Of a stretch of DNA of 64,000 bases, positions 57,369 to 64,000 are shown one piece after another; positions within the stretch are counted from its first letter, which is position 1; each line of letters begins with the position of its first letter. The notes beneath the pieces were generated by a model, which worked only from the letters and a program-made list of their open reading frames with translations, searched no databases and was not told the DNA's origin. Position numbers and translations under genes: made by a program. The stretch is from Candidatus Pacearchaeota archaeon (GTDB taxonomy: Archaea; Nanobdellota; Nanobdellia; Pacearchaeales; UBA284), in NCBI GenBank assembly GCA_038886195.1, contig JAVZYK010000001.1, positions 80,339 through 144,338 on the forward strand, read 5' to 3'.

Positions 57369-57722
57369 ATGGATTTGAAGGAGACTATAGAGAACGATAC
57401 TAAAATAAGAAAAGATAAATTTGGAAAAAAGATAGCCCCATATGTAGATATAAAAATAGAAAATGTGAGACTAATTAGAAGCTCTGATCCAGATTTGAAA
57501 CAAATAAAAATCGATTTTTCAAAAAGTTATGATAATAAAATTAGAATTCCTTTTTCAGATGTTATTTCTGTTGAAGGAGAAGATATTAGTTCAAGAGAAA
57601 AAATAAAAAATTGTGCCATAAATTATTTTGATAAAGTTGTTAAAAGTGTTGAAAAAGAAGGAATAATTAGTATTAAATATTCCGAAAATCGCTATGTTTT
57701 TCATAGAGAGCTGAAAGAATAA
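57369..57722 (+). CDS. hypothetical 117-aa protein inserted between rps7 and aEF-2
   Basis: The track start at 57348 is a GTG. First ATG at 57369. Its stop is 2 nt before the EF-2 ATG. No motif recognised. Confidence 0.4.
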   Translation: MDLKETIENDTKIRKDKFGKKIAPYVDIKIENVRLIRSSDPDLKQIKIDFSKSYDNKIRIPFSDVISVEGEDISSREKIKNCAINYFDKVVKSVEKEGIISIKYSENRYVFHRELKE

Positions 57723-57723
57723 A

Positions 57724-59913
57724 ATGGCAAAAGAATCCAGAATAGAGAAATTTAAAAAATTGATGTATAAACAGAGCAATATTAGAAATATTTGTACAAG
57801 TGCGCATATCCATCATGGCAAAACTGCTATGACTGACAATTTACTTGCAGCAGCAGGAATGATGGCCGCAAAATATGCTGGCGATTTAGATAAAGGAATG
57901 CTTACTTGGCAACACGAAGATGAACAAACAAGACTATTGACAGTAGATGCAGCAAACGTCTCTATGGTTCATGAATATGAAGGTGAAGAGTATCTTATTA
58001 ACTTAATAGACACTCCAGGACACGTAGATTTTTCAGGAAATGTGACAAGGGCAATGAGAGCTGTCGACGGTACAATAGTTCTTGTTTGTGCAAGCGAAGG
58101 AATAATGCCTCAAACAGAAACTGTAATAAGACAAGCACTAAGGGAAAGAGTAAAACCAACCTTGTTTATTAATAAGTTTGATAGACTAATTACAGAACTG
58201 AAACTTAGTCCTGAAAAGATGCAAGAAAGAATTATAAAAATAATTAGAGATTTCAATAAATTAATTGAGAAATATGCTGAGCCAGAATATAAAGAAAAGT
58301 GGAAGGTAAATATAAACGATGGAAGTGTTGCTTTCGGTTCTGCAGTTGATAATTGGGCGTTATCGGTTCCATTTATGAAGAAAAGAAACGTTACTTTTAA
58401 GGACATAGTTAAAATCTATGATATGAATGAAGCTGAAAGGAAGGAATGGGTTTGGCAAAATGCTCCGTTATATGAGGTTGTGCTTGACATGGTTATAAAG
58501 CATCATCCATCACCTTTAGAAGCTCAGAAATATAGAATTCCAAAAATATGGCATGGCGATCTTGATAGCGAGATGGGTAAAGATCTATTGTCTTGTAATC
58601 CTAACGGAAAAGTGGCATTTATTATAACGAGAGTTATTGTTGATCCTAGAACAGGAAAAGAAATATCTGTAGGAAGGCTTTTTTCAGGAACACTTAGAGA
58701 AGGTATGGAAGTTTATCTAAACACAGCAAAAATAAGACAAAAAATTCAACAGGTAATGATTTATGATGGTATTAAAACAGAGCCTGTAGAAGAAATACCT
58801 GCAGGAAATGTTTTAGCAATAGCGGGAATATCTGGCAATGCTAGCGAAACTATAACAACCGAACCCGAAACTACATTTGAAGAAATAACTCATATTTTTG
58901 AGCCAGTCGTTACTCAAGCAATAGAAGCTAAAAAACCCACTGATTTACCGAAACTAATAACTGTATTAAAACAAGTTGCAAAAGAAGACCCAAGTATTAA
59001 AGTACAAATTAATGAAGAGACAGGACAACATTTATTAAGTGGTATGGGCGAATTGCATTTAGAAATTATTGCTAATAGAATAAGAACAGAAAAAGGTGTT
59101 GAAATCAAAACAAGTGAACCAATTGTTGTCTATAGAGAAACTGTTACTAAAGCTTCGAAAGAATTTGAGGGACGATCTCCTAATAAACACAATATATTTT
59201 ATTTAAAAGTAGAGCCTTTAGAAGATGCTGTTTATCAAGCAATTAAATCAGGAGAAATTCCAGAAACAAAGATAAAGAAAAAAGATGAGGCACTTTGGAA
59301 AAAACTAGTTTCTTTAGGAGTTAGTAATGAGGAAGCAAGACAATATCGAGAAATTTATAGAGACTCAGTTCTTCTTGACAAAACGAGAGGTATTGTAGCT
59401 ATAGGGGAAGTGATAGAATTAGTTATGGCCGCATTCGAACAAATATGTGAGCAAGGAATACTTGCAAGAGAACCTTGTATGAAATTAAAAGTTTCGTTAA
59501 TTGATTGTAAGTTACACGAAGATGCAATTCATAGAGGTCCTGCACAAGTCATTCCTGCAGTAAGGGATGCTATAAAAGCAGCCATTCTTGATGCGAAACC
59601 TGTTTTATTTGAACCCGTACAATTGCTTAAGTTTGAAGGTCCTATGAAGTTTATGTCGGAAATGACTTCTCTTATACAAAGTAAAAGAGGGCAGATACTT
59701 AATGTAGAGCAAGAAGATGAACATATTAGTATCGAAGCTAAAATGCCCGTTAACGAAATATTTGGTTTAAGTAATGAATTGCGTTCCGCTACTGAAGGCA
59801 GAGCTACTTTTTTCCTTGTAGATCAACTTTTCGAACAAGTTCCTAGAGAGCTTCAAGACAAAATTATAAGGCAAATAAGACAAAGAAAAGGCCTAACTGA
59901 AACTCAAATTTAA
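57724..59913 (+). CDS. fusA: translation elongation factor 2 (aEF-2)
   Basis: 729 aa. G1 AHIHHGKTAMTD, DTPGHVDF, NKFD. Full EF-2 domain set including the diphthamide-loop region. Confidence 0.9.
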   Translation: MAKESRIEKFKKLMYKQSNIRNICTSAHIHHGKTAMTDNLLAAAGMMAAKYAGDLDKGMLTWQHEDEQTRLLTVDAANVSMVHEYEGEEYLINLIDTPGHVDFSGNVTRAMRAVDGTIVLVCASEGIMPQTETVIRQALRERVKPTLFINKFDRLITELKLSPEKMQERIIKIIRDFNKLIEKYAEPEYKEKWKVNINDGSVAFGSAVDNWALSVPFMKKRNVTFKDIVKIYDMNEAERKEWVWQNAPLYEVVLDMVIKHHPSPLEAQKYRIPKIWHGDLDSEMGKDLLSCNPNGKVAFIITRVIVDPRTGKEISVGRLFSGTLREGMEVYLNTAKIRQKIQQVMIYDGIKTEPVEEIPAGNVLAIAGISGNASETITTEPETTFEEITHIFEPVVTQAIEAKKPTDLPKLITVLKQVAKEDPSIKVQINEETGQHLLSGMGELHLEIIANRIRTEKGVEIKTSEPIVVYRETVTKASKEFEGRSPNKHNIFYLKVEPLEDAVYQAIKSGEIPETKIKKKDEALWKKLVSLGVSNEEARQYREIYRDSVLLDKTRGIVAIGEVIELVMAAFEQICEQGILAREPCMKLKVSLIDCKLHEDAIHRGPAQVIPAVRDAIKAAILDAKPVLFEPVQLLKFEGPMKFMSEMTSLIQSKRGQILNVEQEDEHISIEAKMPVNEIFGLSNELRSATEGRATFFLVDQLFEQVPRELQDKIIRQIRQRKGLTETQI

Positions 59914-59914
59914 A

Positions 59915-60406
59915 ATGATACAAAGAACTTTGGTTTTGTTAAAACCAGATGCGGTACAAAGAGGCCTAACTGGCAGGATTCTCGAAAGATTTGAAAATGC
60001 TGGTTTAAAAATTGTGGCAATGAAAATGGTTTGGGCTGATGAGAAACTTGCGGACGAGCATTATAAAGACTTAGGAGAAAGACGAGGTCCGGAAGTTAAG
60101 AGAAGAATGGTTGAATTTTTGACAAAAACAGGACCAGTAATAGCTTTAGTTTTAGAAGGAGTCGAAGCAGTAGAAGTGGTGAGAAAACTTGTTGGCGGCA
60201 CAGAGCCCAAAACAGCTCTGCCAGGAACGATTCGTGGCGATTTCGCACATCTTAGTTTAGTTTACGGCGATAAAAAAAACAAAGGTGTGCCTAATTTAAT
60301 CCATGCTTCTGGTTCTGTTGAAGAGGCAAAAAAAGAAATTTCGTTATGGTTCAAGCCTAATGAAATTCATAGTTATAAGCTTAGTTATGAAGATCATGTT
60401 TTATAA
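59915..60406 (+). CDS. ndk: nucleoside diphosphate kinase
   Basis: 163 aa. TLVLLKPDAVQRGL, GTIRGDF, NLIHASGSVEEAKKEISLWF (active-site His). Confidence 0.85.
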   Translation: MIQRTLVLLKPDAVQRGLTGRILERFENAGLKIVAMKMVWADEKLADEHYKDLGERRGPEVKRRMVEFLTKTGPVIALVLEGVEAVEVVRKLVGGTEPKTALPGTIRGDFAHLSLVYGDKKNKGVPNLIHASGSVEEAKKEISLWFKPNEIHSYKLSYEDHVL

Positions 60407-60452
60407 TTAAAATTTTTTAAAAGAGGTAAAAAATAGAAAAGAGTTAATAAAA

Positions 60453-61067
60453 ATGGTTAAAGAAAAAGAAGAAAAGTTAAAATTAACCTTTAAGCCAATT
60501 GTTTTAGGAATTTCTGGAACAATTGCTAGTGGTAAAGATTTTGCTGCAAACTATATTGTTAAAGCCTATGGTTTTAAGAAAATAACTCTTAGCGATTATC
60601 TTAGAGCAGAAGCATTGAAACGAGGAAAAAAACCAAGTCGTGATTATTTAAGAAAATTACAAGCAGAACTCAGAAGAGAATATGGGGACGATTACCTTAT
60701 TTCTAAAGTTATTGAAACAATTTTGAAAAAAGATCATATGAGAATGAAGAATGTTGTTATAGTTGGTTTAAGAACTCCTCTAGAGACAAAGCTTGCTAAA
60801 GAAAAATTGAAAGCAAAATTAATTTTTGTAGATGCAAAACCTTTTATTCGTTATATGAGACAGAAAAAAAGACACAGAGCTTCTGGATTTTCTAAAACTT
60901 ACGAACAATTTTTGCATGAAGAAGCTTTAGAAAATGCGGCTTTTGATTTTCATAAAGTTAAAAAAATGACTAATTTTAAGATTGATAACAGCGGAACAAT
61001 TGATGAAATGAAAAAACAAATTGACATTATTATGAAAAAATTGAAATTAAAAAAATTAAAGAAATAA
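60453..61067 (+). CDS. P-loop nucleotide/nucleoside kinase family protein (CoaE/uridine-kinase-like fold)
   Basis: 204 aa. Walker A GISGTIASGKDF near the N-terminus. Exact substrate not inferable. Confidence 0.4.
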   Translation: MVKEKEEKLKLTFKPIVLGISGTIASGKDFAANYIVKAYGFKKITLSDYLRAEALKRGKKPSRDYLRKLQAELRREYGDDYLISKVIETILKKDHMRMKNVVIVGLRTPLETKLAKEKLKAKLIFVDAKPFIRYMRQKKRHRASGFSKTYEQFLHEEALENAAFDFHKVKKMTNFKIDNSGTIDEMKKQIDIIMKKLKLKKLKK

Positions 61068-61178
61068 AATTATAAATGATCTCATTTTATAGAAAAATTT
61101 TTAAACCCTAACCTCTCAAAAACTTATAGTTAAGGGGATTTTTAAAATTAATTAAAAATAAAAAGATTTTATTGAAAA

Positions 61179-62807
61179 ATGACTGAAAAACAACCCATAT
61201 ATATCTTGCCAGAAAATGTTCAAAGAATACTGGGTAGAGATGCTCAAAGAAACAATATTCTAGCTGCAAGAATCGTAGCAGAAACAGTTAAAACAACTTT
61301 AGGGCCTAAAGGCATGGACAAAATGCTTGTTGATAGCATTGGCAATATAACTGTTACTAATGATGGTGTCACAATTCTTGAAGAAATGGAAATCGAACAT
61401 CCTGCAGCAAAAATGATGGTAGAAATCGCTAAAACTCAGGAAGCAGAAGTAGGTGATGGAACAACTACTGCTGTAATAATTGCAGGCAAATTGCTAGAAA
61501 ATGCTGAAAAATTGCTCGATGAAAAAATTCATCCAACCGTCATAACAAGAGGTTATAAAATAGCTGCTGAGCGAGCACAACAAATAGCTAAAGAATTATC
61601 TGTTAAAGTTTCTCTTGAAGATGAAAATTTATTGAAACAAATAGTGATGACTGCAATGACTGGCAAAGGCGCGGAGTCAGCAAAAGAAAGATTAAGTGAA
61701 ATAGTAGTTAAAGCAGTAAAACAAGTAGTTGAGCAAAATGATTCTGGTTTATATATAGATAAAAATAATATAAAGTTAGAAAAGAAAAAAGGAGAAGGTA
61801 TAGAAGATACAGAGCTTATTAATGGTATTGTAATTGATAAAGAAAGGGTTTCTCCAGACATGCCTGCTACGGTTAAAAATGCAAAAATAGCCTTATTAGA
61901 TATGGCAATGGAAATAAAAGGTCCTGAAACTGAAGCTAAAATTCAAATTACAGCTCCAGAACAGCTTCAGGCTTTTATTGATCAAGAAGATAGAATTTTA
62001 AGAGAGATGGTTGAAAAAATAAAGAAAGTTGGAGCCAATGTTGTGCTATGCCAAAAGGGAATTGATGATGTTGCTCAATATTATCTTGCTAAAGCAGGAA
62101 TTTATGCAGTAAGAAGGATAAAAAAGAGCGACATGGAATTAATTGCTAAAGCAACTGGTGCAAAAATAATTAGTAATTTAAATGAATTAACTCAGGAAGA
62201 TTTGGGCAAAGCAAAACTTGTAAAAGAAGTTAAAGAAGGTGAAGAGGAAGGCATGACTTATATTACTGGTTGTGATAATCCTAAAGCCATTACAATTTTA
62301 ATTAGAGGCGGTACAGAACATGTAATTGATGAAGTTGAGAGGGCTATAAAAGATGGTATCGGCGATGTTGCTGTTGCTCTTGAAAAAGGCTACGTTGTTG
62401 CGGGCGGAGGCGCATTTGAGATGGAATTGGCAAAAAGGCTTGACGAGTTTTCACAAACCATTAAAGGAAGAGAACAATTGGCTATCAAGGCATTTGCGGA
62501 GTCTCTCGAAATAATTCCAAGAACCTTGGCTGAAAATGCTGGTTTAGATCCTATAGACATTTTAACAGAGCTTAAAGCAAGACATGACAGAAAAGAGTTT
62601 AATGCTGGCTTAGATTTGACGAGCGAGTCTAAAGAACAAGCAATATGTAATACTCTCGACAAAGGCATTATCGAACCTCTTGAAATTAAGAATCAAGCCA
62701 TTAAGAGTGCAACTGAAGTAGCAACAATGATTTTAAGAATTGATGATGTAATAGCCGCTGGAAAAAGTTCAACAAAAATGCCTGAAGCATCTGAGGAAGA
62801 ATATTAA
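61179..62807 (+). CDS. ths: thermosome subunit (group II chaperonin)
   Basis: 542 aa. [34 protein letters not shown], and the C-terminal GGGA...IEPL motifs are canonical. Confidence 0.9.
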   Translation: MTEKQPIYILPENVQRILGRDAQRNNILAARIVAETVKTTLGPKGMDKMLVDSIGNITVTNDGVTILEEMEIEHPAAKMMVEIAKTQEAEVGDGTTTAVIIAGKLLENAEKLLDEKIHPTVITRGYKIAAERAQQIAKELSVKVSLEDENLLKQIVMTAMTGKGAESAKERLSEIVVKAVKQVVEQNDSGLYIDKNNIKLEKKKGEGIEDTELINGIVIDKERVSPDMPATVKNAKIALLDMAMEIKGPETEAKIQITAPEQLQAFIDQEDRILREMVEKIKKVGANVVLCQKGIDDVAQYYLAKAGIYAVRRIKKSDMELIAKATGAKIISNLNELTQEDLGKAKLVKEVKEGEEEGMTYITGCDNPKAITILIRGGTEHVIDEVERAIKDGIGDVAVALEKGYVVAGGGAFEMELAKRLDEFSQTIKGREQLAIKAFAESLEIIPRTLAENAGLDPIDILTELKARHDRKEFNAGLDLTSESKEQAICNTLDKGIIEPLEIKNQAIKSATEVATMILRIDDVIAAGKSSTKMPEASEEEY

Positions 62808-62903
62808 TCTTTTTTTATTCTTAATGTTTTTTTGTTGAATTAAAAAAAATTATAAACCATCTTTTCCTCTAAGAAAGTAATAAAATAGAAAAAAAGAGGT
62901 AAG

Positions 62904-64000
62904 ATGAAACGAGCAATTTTGTTTATTTTTCTCGCCACTTTAGCTTTATTTTTCCTAAGCTTTAATGATGTCAAGGCAGACTGTATCGGCACGACAAAAA
63001 ATTTCAGTTGTGCTGACAGAACAGTTAATATAACTGAATCTTGCTATTTGAATGAAAGTATCAAGATTAGTGGCCATTCTTGTTTCGAGATTCACGGAAA
63101 CATGTTTAATGATATTAATGTTGATTGTAATGGCTATAAAATCCAAGGCGATGATGCTCAAGACACTTACGCTTTTGGTATTTTCGGGCAGAGAGTTGGG
63201 GTAAAAAATTGTATTGTTGAGGATTTTGACAAGGGGATTTATAGTGAAGGAGTTCAAAGCATAGGGATATTTAACAATACAGCCAGAAGCAATAAAAACG
63301 GATTTTACTTTAAGAATGCTAACCGTAACAACGTGGCTGGCAATATAGCTTACAACAATGAATTGGGCTTTTATGCGCAAGACTCAAACAATCTTGATTT
63401 TTATCACAATATTGTATATAATAATTTTGTAGGATTTTATTTAGAATCGAGCAACAACAATAAAATCTTTAATTTAACTGCATATAATAACAGTCAAAGA
63501 GGAATAAGATTCGAAAGAGCATCTAATAACACAATAAATCAGAGTATAGTAAATAATAATTTTGGCGATGGTATATTTTTCTGGAGTAGCGATTATAATG
63601 TTATTAGCAACACAGTCGCTAACTTAAATACTGGGCAAGGAATTTATTTATCTGGTTCTTCGCACAATATTATAAGTAACCTTACCATTTTACGCAATGA
63701 AGATAATGGGATTTATATTAATGAAAGTCAATCGGAAAACAACACAATAAGAAACAGCTATTTTGAAGATAATGATAGAGAATGTATTTTTATTGACGCA
63801 GGACATAATAATAGAATAGAAGGAAACGATCTTAATAATTGTACTAATGGGTTAAGCTTGTCAAATTCAGAAAATAACACAATTCTTTATAATGTAGCCC
63901 GCGCTTCTTCTAGAAACGGTTTTTTCGTTAGCTCCAATTCTAACAATAATTACCTTGCGCACAACATTGCTTATGATAATGATTTTGGTTTGTCGGTTAA
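62904..64000 (+). CDS. secreted parallel beta-helix repeat protein (partial, runs off window end), paralog of 11407..12819
   Basis: ATG at 62904 gives signal peptide MKRAILFIFLATLALFFLSF, then DCNGYKIQGDD...KNCIVEDFDKGIY, then more than 12 consecutive about-22-aa rungs (NNxxGIYL/GFYL). The track shows only a spurious antisense ORF (62955..63380) here. Confidence 0.65.
   Translation, partial: MKRAILFIFLATLALFFLSFNDVKADCIGTTKNFSCADRTVNITESCYLNESIKISGHSCFEIHGNMFNDINVDCNGYKIQGDDAQDTYAFGIFGQRVGVKNCIVEDFDKGIYSEGVQSIGIFNNTARSNKNGFYFKNANRNNVAGNIAYNNELGFYAQDSNNLDFYHNIVYNNFVGFYLESSNNNKIFNLTAYNNSQRGIRFERASNNTINQSIVNNNFGDGIFFWSSDYNVISNTVANLNTGQGIYLSGSSHNIISNLTILRNEDNGIYINESQSENNTIRNSYFEDNDRECIFIDAGHNNRIEGNDLNNCTNGLSLSNSENNTILYNVARASSRNGFFVSSNSNNNYLAHNIAYDNDFGLSV

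Noticed and set aside
62955-63380. 141-aa minus-strand ORF
   Set aside because: Antisense to the clearly repetitive beta-helix gene starting at 62904, which has a signal peptide and paralogy to 11407.
1-64000. CRISPR arrays, transposases/IS elements, integrases
   Set aside because: No regularly spaced direct repeats of 24-40 nt, and no DDE/tyrosine-recombinase-like ORFs seen anywhere in the window.

Overview
AT-rich (roughly 30% GC) archaeal chromosomal window, most likely from a small-genome DPANN-type archaeon. The archaeal calls rest on a split RNA polymerase B subunit with rpoH, the L7Ae-S28e-L24e and S12-S7-aEF2 clusters, a thermosome subunit, Kae1, diphthine synthase, and frequent GGAGG-like ribosome-binding sites. 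Core information-processing genes occupy the ends and the middle of the window: the rpoH-rpoB''-rpoB'-rpoA' operon, tRNA-Cys and tRNA-Arg, argS, ileS, a MiaB-family methylthiotransferase, rpoL, ribosomal proteins, aEF-2, ndk and the thermosome subunit. Two accessory regions sit between them. (1) At about 10.1-26.0 kb, a HEPN/nucleotidyltransferase pair lies behind a striking repeated palindromic operator. It is followed by six large, cysteine-rich, secreted or membrane-anchored proteins of 470, 1163, 916, 783, 269 and 1236 aa. Three of them have N-termini that resemble archaeal class III (prepilin-type) signal peptides. (2) At about 37.9-46.4 kb, a glycosylation cluster (DPM-synthase-like GT2, a polytopic membrane protein, a second GT2, a membrane-anchored protein with a possible thioredoxin-like C-terminal region) sits next to a Tad/type-IV-pilus-like assembly locus. 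That locus has a secretion ATPase, a translationally coupled 58-aa ORF, and two TadC/FlaJ-like membrane proteins. I propose that these two regions together form a cell-surface attachment apparatus of the kind expected in a host-dependent DPANN archaeon; this is a hypothesis that is not described as such in the literature. Other notable items are: a stand-alone GGDEF (GGEEF) diguanylate-cyclase-like gene, which is very unusual in archaea; two paralogous TrmB-like regulators plus a possible third decayed copy; a small GTPase with two conserved-looking partner ORFs; two extra ORFs inserted in the S12-S7-EF2 operon; a lipobox metallophosphoesterase flanked by long non-coding stretches; and several small genes missing from the ORF track (L24e, a 58-aa coupled ORF, an L41e-like basic peptide, a 41-aa ORF with a strong SD). 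No CRISPR array or transposase was found.
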